IMG/VR virus record: IMGVR_UViG_3300020045_008243 | Location: 1-49,746 of that record | Direction: 5' to 3' (one strand) | Source of the DNA: a virus | Lineage: Duplodnaviria; Caudoviricetes | Length of the DNA stretch: 49,746 nucleotides | Part shown: one piece after another, positions 35,491-45,471 of the stretch | Layout of the letters: each line of letters starts with the position of its first letter | Numbering within the stretch: the first letter of the stretch is position 1 | Program-made: the position numbers and the translations under genes | Notes under the pieces: generated by a model | Database searches by the model: none | Told to the model about the DNA's origin: nothing | Seen by the model: only the letters and a program-made list of their open reading frames with translations

Positions 35491-37067
35491 GATACGTCAA
35501 GTCCAGCCCCGCCAAAAAGATCAAGTATTCCAAGCCCGGCCCCAAGCAGTTCATCAACAGCCGTCACCATGGCGCCCTCCCCCTCTATCGTGATTTCTTC
35601 ATTGTCGAAGTCGTACCGGATCGACCGCGCCCGGATATAGGCACTGGTTTTCTGCCCCATGGATTCATCCAGCCAAGAGATTTTCTTTCCCGGCATCGGG
35701 AGGCTTCCGATAAGCGGCATTTTCAGGTAACAATACGGCATGTGGTAAATGGTCGAGATGGCTTCAAGCTGTGTGTCGATGTCCGCCATGGTGCCGGTGT
35801 ACGGATCTATGCTTTCGTCTTTTCCGTATGGGTAAGCCGATTCCTGATAGGTGTCGTTCCCAATGTCTTTGACGTACTGACCAATGGTTTCAGATACCGA
35901 TTCCCGGGTGATCCACTTGCTTCTGAAGATGGATACCGGCGGCCGGTCGTGATATGGCCCATCGAAATATTCAAATTCAGTAATGGTATCGGTCCCGTTA
36001 TCTTCACCCATTCCGACCAGATAAAGAGTCGATCCGGAGATGAAAAACAGGTGCCCGAAGAAAGCGCAGATATCAGAGAGGAAATCCACAAGCTTCTTTT
36101 GACTGGCCGCCCAATGTGAAATGTTCGGGATCGTTGCCGTCCAAAGGGCAGTGTCTGAGGTTAGGTCCAGGTAACTTGCGCCACATGCCCAATCGATCAA
36201 CTCGGCCAATGTTGTATCCTGCCCGGTCCCGGAAATTGAAACCTCCCCGGTGGGTACCGCGGATAAAGAAAAAGTGCCGTTCCCGTTGTCGGTCACGTTT
36301 CCAGAAATGGGCACTCCATCGTCATAAACGCCCCAATACCCTGTTTTATAGGCATGGCCGGTACTGTTAGCCACAAAGGCCAAGGACGCCTTATCGAAAG
36401 TCGTGGTATTGATCAGGGTTATTGCCGACGTGTCCCAAGCGTTCCGGGCCGCGTCTTCAGTCGTTACGACGTCGGCATTTGAAAACCCATGTGCAGCCCC
36501 GGTCGTAAACCGGCACTTCCCGGATCCGTTATCAGCAATCACAGTGATATTCTTTGCCAGCGTCCCAGTGATGCTGCCCTTGTGATATGTCGGGTATCCG
36601 CCGGCGTCCGGCAACCTGACGGGCTGTTCGTAAGACACAAGGCCTATGGCCATCGGTAGGGCAACGATATTCCCGTTGTAATCTTCTGCCTCCGCAAGCA
36701 GGTCAACATCATATTCAATGCCATACAGATCATAAATAATGGTTTCCTTTGTGACCTCGCTTCGGTGAGCCGTCCCGGTGAAGAGCGTTTCCGTGGTCGA
36801 ATCATCCGTAGCCGTGTACTTTGCGGTGATCGGAAAATTGATCGGCGGATACCACTCATCCGCGAACAGGTCCGGCGAAAGCTCTATGGATCCAAAAGAC
36901 ATCTTGCAGAATCCCCCATATGCTTTTGCCATACGGTATTGAGGCGCCGTGAATGAAACAACATACGGTTTCCAATTATAGGTCCACTCCAAGGCATCGT
37001 CCGGGTCATTGCCTTCGAGTGAGCATCGGTAAACCGTGCTGTTTATGGTGGCTTCAATCAAGATCAT
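35487..37067 (-). CDS. Tail tip / hub-like protein with an inserted small beta domain
   Basis: First gene after the tape measure; insert TTGAAHGFSNADVV. Confidence 0.6.
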   Translation of the reverse strand: MILIEATINSTVYRCSLEGNDPDDALEWTYNWKPYVVSFTAPQYRMAKAYGGFCKMSFGSIELSPDLFADEWYPPINFPITAKYTATDDSTTETLFTGTAHRSEVTKETIIYDLYGIEYDVDLLAEAEDYNGNIVALPMAIGLVSYEQPVRLPDAGGYPTYHKGSITGTLAKNITVIADNGSGKCRFTTGAAHGFSNADVVTTEDAARNAWDTSAITLINTTTFDKASLAFVANSTGHAYKTGYWGVYDDGVPISGNVTDNGNGTFSLSAVPTGEVSISGTGQDTTLAELIDWACGASYLDLTSDTALWTATIPNISHWAASQKKLVDFLSDICAFFGHLFFISGSTLYLVGMGEDNGTDTITEFEYFDGPYHDRPPVSIFRSKWITRESVSETIGQYVKDIGNDTYQESAYPYGKDESIDPYTGTMADIDTQLEAISTIYHMPYCYLKMPLIGSLPMPGKKISWLDESMGQKTSAYIRARSIRYDFDNEEITIEGEGAMVTAVDELLGAGLGILDLFGGAGLDVS

Positions 37068-40000
37068 GAGTAAAGCGGCACCCCCGTCACCGAGTCGCCC
37101 CGGTTATCTCGCTGGACATCGATGCTGTCGGCGATATGCGCCATGGCATCCCCCCACTTCCCGCCGTCCAGGTTGACCGTCGTGCTCATCGGTTTCGCAA
37201 GAAGTTGTTTCAGCAAATTGTTTTGCTCTTTGGCCTCCGCGAGCTGTTCGACCAAAGTTTTATCAATGCCTTCAAGGGTCAAATCGATATCGCCCAGGCT
37301 GATCTCGTTCAACTCCAAAGAATCAAGCTGATCTTCGCTCCATCCTTCGATCATGCTGAGGACGTCGCCGATCCCGGACAGGTCGACATGAACTTCGGAG
37401 GCCATGCTGCTTACTGCTTCCGTGGTCCTGGCAATGTGTTCGATAAATCCGCCGGACTCTGCACGGCTTTTGATCATATCGATGTCGGCCAATGTTGAGG
37501 CGTAAATTGATTGATACTGCCCGCTGCTCTTATATTTGTCCTGTGCCGATTGGAGGTATGTCGACGTGAACGAAAGAAATTCATCAACAGCCGACGTATC
37601 GCCGCCCATGGCTTTCTGGAAAAGGCCTGTGTAATCCGACGATGCACTTGCATATTTCTGCCCTGGCAAGGACACGTTCAGGTTCCCATACGTCAGCCCG
37701 CGAACCGTGGCGTCGATAGACTTCATCACTTCGCTGGTATGGTCAACCACTTCGGTCCAGGATTGCGCGGCCTGGTTCGATGCCTGAGCCGCGTTGGTGG
37801 CTTCTGAAATCGCCGCGGTAATCCATGATCCGGTGAGATCGGCAACTTTTTCCAAGTCATCCATCGTGACAACCGTCTGCCCCTGGATGTCTCTGATCTT
37901 GCCCATGTACCAGTCTGATTCCTGCCCGCCGCCGATGGAGAATTGCTTATATGCAAGCTGATCGTTAAAGCCTACGAAGCTTGTCCGGACCCCGGCCGCA
38001 CGGGTATAGTATTCAAGCCGCCGGGCAAGGGCTTCGTTGGCTTCGGTTGCTTTTTCAGTTGCGAGTGTGGCCGCTGCTTCAGCCGCCGTTTGTTCGATAA
38101 TCGAATCAGTGGTGGCTTTAATCGATGTATCCCATGCGTCCATGAACCTGATATACTCATCGGACCCTTCGACCATGCCCTTATCCTTCAAGGTCTCAAG
38201 CAGCCCTTCGAACTTATCGTTGACCGGCCAAAGTGCTTTTTCAAGGTCGGTTGCAGTTCCGGTTATGTCGGAAAGATACCGGTCAATGCCTCCAAAGATA
38301 TCGGCGCGTTCACCAGCGAACTTTTCGGTTGTCGCTGCTATCGCTGCTGCTTCACGGTCGCGGATATCCGCAAGAGCGCTTTCACTTATACCAAGGGAGC
38401 CGGCTGTTTCGTATGCAACCTTGGTTATATCCGAAATGCGTTTAAGCGTTGATTCGTAGGTTGTTAAAGGATCGCTTATAAACTGGTCAAGGCCGGTGTT
38501 CATGGTTGAAAGTGTTTCGGTCCATTTTGTTTGAATATCCCCGAGAACCGATAAAAACGTACTCGCATGAGTAAGATAAGTTTCATTTGAAATACCATCA
38601 GCCATATCGAAACGGCCCTCGCCGGCCGACTGAAAAGCCGTTGCGGGCCAACTATTGAACAGATACGAATTCGGTGAAAGCATTGACAAGTCAAGGCCGG
38701 AGAGGTAATTTGTAATTGTCGGAACAACCTCCGTGTATACGCCGGCCAGAGAACTTTTAACCTGATTTGTTATGGCATTACTGATAACATTCGCGCTGGC
38801 CTCAAAGTCGGCATCACTGTTGAAATTGAAAGTTTTACCGGTCAGGTCAACGGTTACGTTGGCCTTGTCTACTGCCGATTTAAATAAATCCTGCATCCAT
38901 GACGGCAGTCCTTTCGTGGGGTCGAGTATCGCTGCAATACCGGCATTAAAGGCCCCGTCCATGATCCATTCGGCGCCATATCCTTTTTGATCTGCCCATC
39001 CGCCCTGCTGATCGTGCCACTCGCCCATCTGATCCCAGGGTTTAGTCGCGTTGGCCTGCCACGAGTAGGAAGATAATGGGCCCATCCTGTAATCTTTGCC
39101 GCCAAGCCCCAAAGACGTGCCAAGCCATTGTCCGACAGCGAATCCTGCACCGACAACAGGCAAAGCGCTCGCTATTTTATCGCCCCAGTTTGTAGATCCT
39201 CCGCCTGAAGACCCGGTCCACTCGCCTATTTTCATAGCCGTCTGCTTTGCGGCTATCTCCACAAGCGCCGATATTGCGTAATCTTTTATTTTGTCCCATA
39301 CGTCTTCGAACGTCCGGAGTTGCCCGCTGGCAATGTCCCGGTAAAAATCGCCGGTGATATCCTGGATGTTATCGAGGAACTTACGTTCCCTGTCTTCCCT
39401 GTCCCTGAGTACTTTTTCTTGAGCTTTTTTTATGACATCATTTATATCTTTGGCCAGGTCTGATTCGGCCTTCAACCGTTCTTTTGTGGCCGCTACCGCA
39501 TTTCTGGTTGCAATCTGCGTTCCTTCGGAAACTGCTTCGACGTAATCAACGCGCCATGTTTGATAGAAGGTGTCACGCATCGAGGTTGAGAATTCGCTTC
39601 CTGGCCCTGAATATGCCTCAAGCGCCGCCGATATCCCAAAATCGCCCTCCGGCGTCAGGTTGCCAATGCCGAGGTTGCCGGATAGGTCGACACGACTTAT
39701 CTGATCGAGCTCCATCCTGAAATTGTTAAGCGAATCAATCCCGGACTCATACTGTTCTTTCGTTTCTCCTACTACCTTTTTATGCTCCTCAAGTTTTGCC
39801 GTTGCGTTTGCCGTTGATGCCGTCAGATCATCGAGGCTTGATTGTGCTAAGATGTGGTTATCAACTGCGGCCAAAGCCCATTCAGCCGCCTTTTCTTTCA
39901 TGTTTTCATAATCTTCGGCGTACTGTTCAGCGTTTTTCCTGTGTTCCTTCTCCTCTTCACCCATGGTAAAAAACGCCCTGGTCAACTCATACCCTTGCAT

Positions 40001-40996
40001 GAGCTTATAGAAACCAGCTCCGACCATAATTGCGCTGGCCGCAATTTCTTGAAACCTTGCCGTTATCTCAGCACCTATCTGCAGAAATCCGGACCCCATC
40101 ATTAGTTTTAGGTCTGCCCATTGGGTATGGAGTTTTTCTATTTTGTCGGAAAGGGATTTGACAGATCCTTCCATCTGAGCATTTATTTCAGCGGTCTTCT
40201 CCATCACGATATTGTAAAGGGCTTGCTGCTTATCGACTTCTGACATCTGGGAATACAGATGGCCATATCGTTCTTCTAAGTCGATAACGCCAACGGCAAG
40301 TTTTATACTTTTCGCCTTGCCGGTTTCCATGGCCTCGTTCAGAGATTTAAATGATTCATCGGCCGTTTTCCCCATGACATCGCTCAAGGTTCCGGCTGCT
40401 TCGGCAAGGCCGATGATTTGATCCGGGCTAAGGCCTTTTGCCATAGATGATGCTGCGCTTTCGGCGGCGGTGGCCATTGTCACAAGGCCGTCTGATGCCT
40501 CTCTTACGCTACTGATTATGGATTTGGCCGATGTGCCGTATTTCTGGGCGAGGGTGTCAAGGAGTTGCGCTTGCTCTATGTATGACGCCGACGCTTCGGC
40601 CATGGCAAAGCCTTTTGACAAAACACGGTATGAAGCATAAATCGCCGCCGATGTTGCGAGCCAGTTACTTTTAAAGGATGAGAGCATAGAAGTCCGCGCC
40701 CCGAATTGCTCCGCGTCGATGCGCTTCAACTGATCGGCTTTCGCTCTTTCGGCTCGGATGATGTCTTGTGCTGAGGTTTTTGCGTCGTTGGTGATTCTGG
40801 TGTAGGCGTTGCTGATCTTGGCTCTCATTAAATCGAATTCGGCCGCTGATCTTATGCCCAGATCCTTGTAACTCTTCTCTATGTTCAACGTCGTAGATGT
40901 GGCGTCTTTCAACAGCCGCTTTTGGGAAGCAGTATATGGCGTAAAATCTAAATCGATTTCACAATAAATACGCGATATTGGTGCTCCAGACATCAT
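37064..40996 (-). CDS. Tail tape measure protein
   Basis: 1310 aa, Ala-rich and helical; downstream of tube and chaperone genes. Confidence 0.9.
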   Translation of the reverse strand: MMSGAPISRIYCEIDLDFTPYTASQKRLLKDATSTTLNIEKSYKDLGIRSAAEFDLMRAKISNAYTRITNDAKTSAQDIIRAERAKADQLKRIDAEQFGARTSMLSSFKSNWLATSAAIYASYRVLSKGFAMAEASASYIEQAQLLDTLAQKYGTSAKSIISSVREASDGLVTMATAAESAASSMAKGLSPDQIIGLAEAAGTLSDVMGKTADESFKSLNEAMETGKAKSIKLAVGVIDLEERYGHLYSQMSEVDKQQALYNIVMEKTAEINAQMEGSVKSLSDKIEKLHTQWADLKLMMGSGFLQIGAEITARFQEIAASAIMVGAGFYKLMQGYELTRAFFTMGEEEKEHRKNAEQYAEDYENMKEKAAEWALAAVDNHILAQSSLDDLTASTANATAKLEEHKKVVGETKEQYESGIDSLNNFRMELDQISRVDLSGNLGIGNLTPEGDFGISAALEAYSGPGSEFSTSMRDTFYQTWRVDYVEAVSEGTQIATRNAVAATKERLKAESDLAKDINDVIKKAQEKVLRDREDRERKFLDNIQDITGDFYRDIASGQLRTFEDVWDKIKDYAISALVEIAAKQTAMKIGEWTGSSGGGSTNWGDKIASALPVVGAGFAVGQWLGTSLGLGGKDYRMGPLSSYSWQANATKPWDQMGEWHDQQGGWADQKGYGAEWIMDGAFNAGIAAILDPTKGLPSWMQDLFKSAVDKANVTVDLTGKTFNFNSDADFEASANVISNAITNQVKSSLAGVYTEVVPTITNYLSGLDLSMLSPNSYLFNSWPATAFQSAGEGRFDMADGISNETYLTHASTFLSVLGDIQTKWTETLSTMNTGLDQFISDPLTTYESTLKRISDITKVAYETAGSLGISESALADIRDREAAAIAATTEKFAGERADIFGGIDRYLSDITGTATDLEKALWPVNDKFEGLLETLKDKGMVEGSDEYIRFMDAWDTSIKATTDSIIEQTAAEAAATLATEKATEANEALARRLEYYTRAAGVRTSFVGFNDQLAYKQFSIGGGQESDWYMGKIRDIQGQTVVTMDDLEKVADLTGSWITAAISEATNAAQASNQAAQSWTEVVDHTSEVMKSIDATVRGLTYGNLNVSLPGQKYASASSDYTGLFQKAMGGDTSAVDEFLSFTSTYLQSAQDKYKSSGQYQSIYASTLADIDMIKSRAESGGFIEHIARTTEAVSSMASEVHVDLSGIGDVLSMIEGWSEDQLDSLELNEISLGDIDLTLEGIDKTLVEQLAEAKEQNNLLKQLLAKPMSTTVNLDGGKWGDAMAHIADSIDVQRDNRGDSVTGVPLYS

Positions 40997-42102
40997 TCCA
41001 CCATAAAGTTATTCAAGCGTTCGATGAGGCATTCCATATTTTTAAACTCGTAATCCCAGATTACGAGAGTGCCATACCCAAATGGTTTGAATTCATTGAT
41101 TCTGTCTTGTGGGTCGTCGCCCTGGTGCCAGTGAAAACCATAGACCTCTATAATTTTCTTCTTGCCGTTACAGTTGACAAAATCAGGATTTTTACCGTTT
41201 ATTACGAAACTATAATCGCCAGTATATTTCCATTCTGCTGGGAAGAGGGTGTCTAATATTTTGAGCATTCTTTTTTCAAGTTTATTCGGCTTCCGGTTCC
41301 ACGCTTTCCTTATTTTTTCAACATATTCTGAGTCAAGATATCTTCGCTTGATCACCTTAGAGAGCAGCGCTTTTGTTTTCTCAGACGCTTTGCCGCCGGT
41401 CTTTGCTTTAGACATTTTCTTTCTTGATTCAAGCGAAACGGTTTTCCCTCTATTTCCATCACCTATTTTTCTATGCCAATCAGTGCGCTCGTCTTTGCTT
41501 TTTTTAGCCCAGACTTCTCTGCTCTTTATGCTTATTTTCTTTTTATGAGCCTCAGTTAGTTTTTTACCTTTATGCGATATGCTCATTTTCAATATTGATT
41601 CAGGAGAAGCCTTTTTACCTTTTCTGCCCGATGGCTGGCCCAGGTGCGACACGCTCAATTTCTTGCGCGTCTCATCAGAATGCTTCCTGCCTTCCATCGG
41701 ATGATTCATCCTTGAATTATGGCCGACAAGATAGACACGCCCATGACTCGCCATTTCGCCGCACCCGCATCCACACAAAACTGCCGGCGGCCTTTGTTTT
41801 TTGAACTTTTCATTTATTTTGGCCATCCGCTGTTTGAATTCAGGATTTGACCATCTTTTCTTTGCGGCAGTTGCCCTTTTCGCCCTCGTGCTTTCAGAAC
41901 ATTTCCTGCCAAAACGAGAACATCCACAACTTATTGTCGGTGTGCTTTTCGATCTTAAAGATCCGCCACGAATCAGCTTTTGTTTCCCGCAATCGCATTG
42001 ACAAAGCCAAAGCGAATCACCGAATCTATCACGGCCTTGCTGCTCGATAACAACCAGTCGCCCGTATCGTTCACCAACAAGATTCAGTGCGCCGCCTGAC
42101 AT
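40993..42102 (-). CDS. Free-standing homing endonuclease: NUMOD3-like repeats with a Vsr/DUF559-like nuclease
   Basis: VGERYGRLVV..CQCDCG; GRKHSDETRKKLS-type repeats; PNKLE...NPDF..IIEVYGFHWH..TLVIWDYE. Confidence 0.8.
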   Translation of the reverse strand: MSGGALNLVGERYGRLVVIEQQGRDRFGDSLWLCQCDCGKQKLIRGGSLRSKSTPTISCGCSRFGRKCSESTRAKRATAAKKRWSNPEFKQRMAKINEKFKKQRPPAVLCGCGCGEMASHGRVYLVGHNSRMNHPMEGRKHSDETRKKLSVSHLGQPSGRKGKKASPESILKMSISHKGKKLTEAHKKKISIKSREVWAKKSKDERTDWHRKIGDGNRGKTVSLESRKKMSKAKTGGKASEKTKALLSKVIKRRYLDSEYVEKIRKAWNRKPNKLEKRMLKILDTLFPAEWKYTGDYSFVINGKNPDFVNCNGKKKIIEVYGFHWHQGDDPQDRINEFKPFGYGTLVIWDYEFKNMECLIERLNNFMVE

Positions 42103-42498
42103 TTACTTACCCTCCAAGATGGCATTGACTTCCGATCTTGTTGCCTCAACAGCGGGCCGCATGAACGGGGTGAAAAACTCCACGATTGCAGCATAAAATG
42201 CTTTAAAACTACCGGAATAGACCCTTACTCCACCAAGGTCTTGAATCGCTGTTCCGGTAAAACCAGCTTCTTTTTTCTCAACCACGCGAACGGTTTTTTT
42301 CAGCGCCCCGGCTTCCAGCTTCGTCCATTCCTGCCCGGCATACCGACCTGTTTTATACATGGGGTGTTCACGGGTGCCTACCGGGCATCTCCGGCGCACT
42401 TCATTGGCGAGAACGTGAGCAGCCTTCCGCGCCCGCCTCCGGCTCTCAGTCACAACCTGCTGGTTGGCAGGCCCCCAATTAACGTTTTCAATCCTCAT
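42103..42498 (-). CDS. HK97 gp10-like neck/tail protein
   Basis: EVRRRCPVGT..GALKKTVR...FYAAIVEF.TPFMRPAVE. Confidence 0.75.
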   Translation of the reverse strand: MRIENVNWGPANQQVVTESRRRARKAAHVLANEVRRRCPVGTREHPMYKTGRYAGQEWTKLEAGALKKTVRVVEKKEAGFTGTAIQDLGGVRVYSGSFKAFYAAIVEFFTPFMRPAVEATRSEVNAILEGK

Positions 42499-42800
42499 TT
42501 CTTTTCCCGAAGTCTTTCAATCCACCATTTGCCGAGCGTCCGGACTTTCTCGAAGCAGTCCACCCGGTTCTTGATCCGGTAGAGCCTCATGGCATCATGT
42601 ATGGCCGACTGCATGATTGCCACCGGGCTGCCCATGGCGCTCATAATCAACTGATCTCGCACAACAAAAAACACCCGGATTGCGTCCATGTTTTCTTTCA
42701 TCGATTTTATTTTGCATGTTTCGCATGGAGGCTCCTCGGGTGGTTTTCGGTTCGCTCTCATCCGCTTGCATCCTTCACAAGTCGGCTGATACTCAATCAT
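42495..42800 (-). CDS. Tail assembly chaperone, downstream (GT) reading frame
   Basis: In the -1 frame of the upstream chaperone and open from the slippery site. Confidence 0.75.
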   Translation of the reverse strand: MIEYQPTCEGCKRMRANRKPPEEPPCETCKIKSMKENMDAIRVFFVVRDQLIMSAMGSPVAIMQSAIHDAMRLYRIKNRVDCFEKVRTLGKWWIERLREKK

Positions 42801-42814
42801 CCATTCGGCGGCCT

Positions 42815-43291
42815 CTATGAGGTTTTTTTTTCCTCTTCCGCTTTTTCGACCTCGATCCCTCGGAGGATTTTGATCGCCCTTCCGATGAATCGGTCAATTG
42901 CCGGGTGAACAGCCATGGCAAGCCGGGTTTTCTCGTTACACTCAATCACCTTTTTTGCCATGTCCTGAAACCCTGAGAACTCCGGAAGCATGTAGAGGTT
43001 CAACTCATCTTCTTCCGCCTGCCGTTCTTTCTGATTTGGTTCCCGAATTTTGGAGATGATTTCCATCTTGTTAGTTTTCGGGTTCCTCACCAGCTTTTCA
43101 ACGGTCCCACGGCGCTCAAGTTGCTTCCGAACGCAAGGGAGAGGGTCGCGGATCTTCAGTTGTGGCCCGGCACCGGATTCAAAGCTGGCCGGCTTGGCAA
43201 AAACCCATTCGTCTTTTTCCTGATCATACTTAGACTCAAGAAAATCGAACCACACGCCATCATCTTGAGCCGTCAAATCAATTTCAAACAT
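42815..43291 (-). CDS. Tail assembly chaperone (G-like)
   Basis: Follows the tail tube gene; ends in GAA AAA AAA ACC TCA TAG. Confidence 0.75.
   Translation of the reverse strand: MFEIDLTAQDDGVWFDFLESKYDQEKDEWVFAKPASFESGAGPQLKIRDPLPCVRKQLERRGTVEKLVRNPKTNKMEIISKIREPNQKERQAEEDELNLYMLPEFSGFQDMAKKVIECNEKTRLAMAVHPAIDRFIGRAIKILRGIEVEKAEEEKKTS
42822..42832 (-). other. Programmed -1 frameshift slippery site (G-A9-C)
   Basis: A -1 shift gives ...EKKN-LIEAAEW-MIEYQPT, in frame with 42495..42800. Confidence 0.8.
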
Positions 43292-43337
43292 AAAGCCTCC
43301 TGGCCTGTTGATTGTTTAAATCGTTACCGGGTGGTTA

Positions 43338-43766
43338 TCAGGTTCCGGTGCCGACCTGCTGCATACCAGTGGTGCAAACCTGGAATTCAAAGCTCGTTTT
43401 GCCGTAACCACTTCTCGGCAACGTGACCGAATTGGCCTTGGTGCACAGGATGTATCCGCCCGGGGTGACCCTCCAGAATGTGGACGGAGCGGCATAAAGG
43501 TAGATATTTGTCAAGTGCGTCCCAGCCGCGCATGCGGTCACAAGCGCCCGTTGACCGTTGGTATCGTTCGGGTCATAATTGCCGCTGCATGTGATCGTGC
43601 CCGGCTCAGATGTTCCAGTGACATCATAAGTCGAATACGTGTCACCGAAAGCATCATCTTTCCGGACCGTGCCCATGGATAACCCGCTCATGGACCATTC
43701 CGTAATCTCGGCAACCACTACGCTGCCGTACATCAGTTTTGCCGACTTCCCCGTCAATGCGGACAT
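43338..43766 (-). CDS. Tail tube (major tail) protein
   Basis: VAEITEWSMS...GTITCSGNYDP.DTNGQ..L; RBS GGGAGG; upstream of the chaperones. Confidence 0.8.
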   Translation of the reverse strand: MSALTGKSAKLMYGSVVVAEITEWSMSGLSMGTVRKDDAFGDTYSTYDVTGTSEPGTITCSGNYDPNDTNGQRALVTACAAGTHLTNIYLYAAPSTFWRVTPGGYILCTKANSVTLPRSGYGKTSFEFQVCTTGMQQVGTGT

Positions 43767-43812
43767 TTTCGTTTCCTCCCAATTGCTGTTTCTGTTTTTG
43801 GTTGCCGGGGTA

Positions 43813-43858
43813 ATAAAAAAGGGGCATGTGTGATGGTGTGGCACCACACTGCCCCTTT
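43813..43858 (-). terminator. Intrinsic terminator-like hairpin upstream of the tail tube gene
   Basis: Minus strand AAAGGGGCAGTGTG...CACACATGCCCCTTTTTT. Confidence 0.6.
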
Positions 43859-43923
43859 ACTTATTCTTGCGCCGTGTTCAGGTGATCAGCCGTCGCACGG
43901 ACCCCGGTATATGTTGCTCTTCT

Positions 43924-45471
43924 TTATTCCGCTGAGGTCATAAAAGCCCTAAGTGACTGGTCCCTTTCGTCAATGTCTTCAGATGCTCCAATTGCCGTTG
44001 AATCAACCCGGTAAAGTTTTGAGAACCGGTCCCAAAGCATTTTGTAATTCTTCTTGAATAAATCATCCGGCTCCCATGTAAACGGCCTCATGCAATAGTG
44101 TTCTGTAGGGGCGTTTATTACCCAGGCAGAACCGCCCACCTCCCAGGCCTGAAGCACACAAAGAGTGCCATAAAGGTCAAACCCTTCCATCCGTTCATCA
44201 AACCTGAAGCCTGATTTCAGGTTGACAATAATGCAGCATTCATCAAAGCAGCAAACAGGATGCGGGAAGTTGTGAATATGGGTCGTGTTGAAATGTTGCG
44301 GGATTCTCATGTCCCGGAAAACTCCGCATATCCGGCCATCCGAGTCCTTGCCTATAATGCCGGCAACAATCCAATCATCGGGCAGTTTCGAAAGCTGGTC
44401 CTTGACCTGATCTATCCACCCGGATCGGTAATACATATCCTGGTGGGAAAGAATGGCGATGTTTGCGCCAGTCGCCTCTATCCGATCCAGGAGCATGTTT
44501 AATGCCGGTGTAGCGCTTTTGGGGTTTTTGACAAATTCAATATCCCCGGCGATTGCGCTCTGCTGAAAAACCATGTTGAATCGTTGGATGTTGTTTATCA
44601 GAACACCCCAGCCGAATTTGAAATCCTGCTTCTGTTTTATCGGCTCAAGATATTTGGCAACGATCTTTGCGGCATCGTGATTTTCCTTCACGTAGTTGTA
44701 GAGGAATTCAGCATGGTTCGGATCGTACTTTTCTATTTCAGACTCGATCCATTCCCGGGTTACCGGGATTTTGAAGCGCCGGCCGCTGAAATTGTTCCTG
44801 GCAATCTCTCCGATAAGCTCCGGCGTGGCATACCCGTCACCAAGAGCGGCCGCGCCTGTCAACTCAAGATTATATTGCCGCACATCTGCAATAATGACCG
44901 GCTTCCCCTGCGCCATGGATTCGATAGCACCCCTGCCTACCGTGATACAAAGATCCGCCCATGAGATTTGATCTTCAATCGGCTTGCCTATGTCGGATAC
45001 CCGAACATCGTACTTTTCAGAAAGAAACGAAAAAGAATCTTCGGTAACAATAGCGCTTTTCCGGATAACCAATATCTTTCGAAGCTTTTCGCCGTGTGGT
45101 GCTTCCAGTGACATCATTTCAACCGGCTGACCGATAACCTCCGAGTCAATCCCGCGCATGAGGTTGTCTTTCCGGACCTCTTCGGAAACGCTGATGTACC
45201 GATCGGCGCCGTAATCAAAATGCTCATCCCCTACAATTCCGTGGGAGATGCAAACCTTCGGCGCCGGGTTTTCTTTTATCTGTTTCAAAATTTCATGGTG
45301 GCTGCAAATGATCAGGTCAAATGATTCTTTGACGACATCGGCCGGCTGATTGCTCAAGACGACCTCGTGACCAATGGCCGCAAGTGTTTTCCCAACGGTA
45401 TGAAAAAACCGGCTTGATCCGCCTTCGTGTGCACTTCCTGATATATATTTTGCGGTGATGAGTATCTTCAT
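43924..45471 (-). CDS. Two-domain glycosyltransferase (GT-B/GT4-like plus GT-A/GT2-like)
   Basis: MKILIT...GG...L..IGHEV, SVSEEV, ADLCITVGRGAIESMAQGKPVI; second domain LSHQDMY, VCCFDECCII, FRFDE..GFDLYG. Confidence 0.8.
   Translation of the reverse strand: MKILITAKYISGSAHEGGSSRFFHTVGKTLAAIGHEVVLSNQPADVVKESFDLIICSHHEILKQIKENPAPKVCISHGIVGDEHFDYGADRYISVSEEVRKDNLMRGIDSEVIGQPVEMMSLEAPHGEKLRKILVIRKSAIVTEDSFSFLSEKYDVRVSDIGKPIEDQISWADLCITVGRGAIESMAQGKPVIIADVRQYNLELTGAAALGDGYATPELIGEIARNNFSGRRFKIPVTREWIESEIEKYDPNHAEFLYNYVKENHDAAKIVAKYLEPIKQKQDFKFGWGVLINNIQRFNMVFQQSAIAGDIEFVKNPKSATPALNMLLDRIEATGANIAILSHQDMYYRSGWIDQVKDQLSKLPDDWIVAGIIGKDSDGRICGVFRDMRIPQHFNTTHIHNFPHPVCCFDECCIIVNLKSGFRFDERMEGFDLYGTLCVLQAWEVGGSAWVINAPTEHYCMRPFTWEPDDLFKKNYKMLWDRFSKLYRVDSTAIGASEDIDERDQSLRAFMTSAE

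Noticed and set aside
26304-37067. Diversity-generating retroelement acting on fibre genes
   Set aside because: No reverse transcriptase ORF and no adenine-mismatched TR/VR pair noticed by eye
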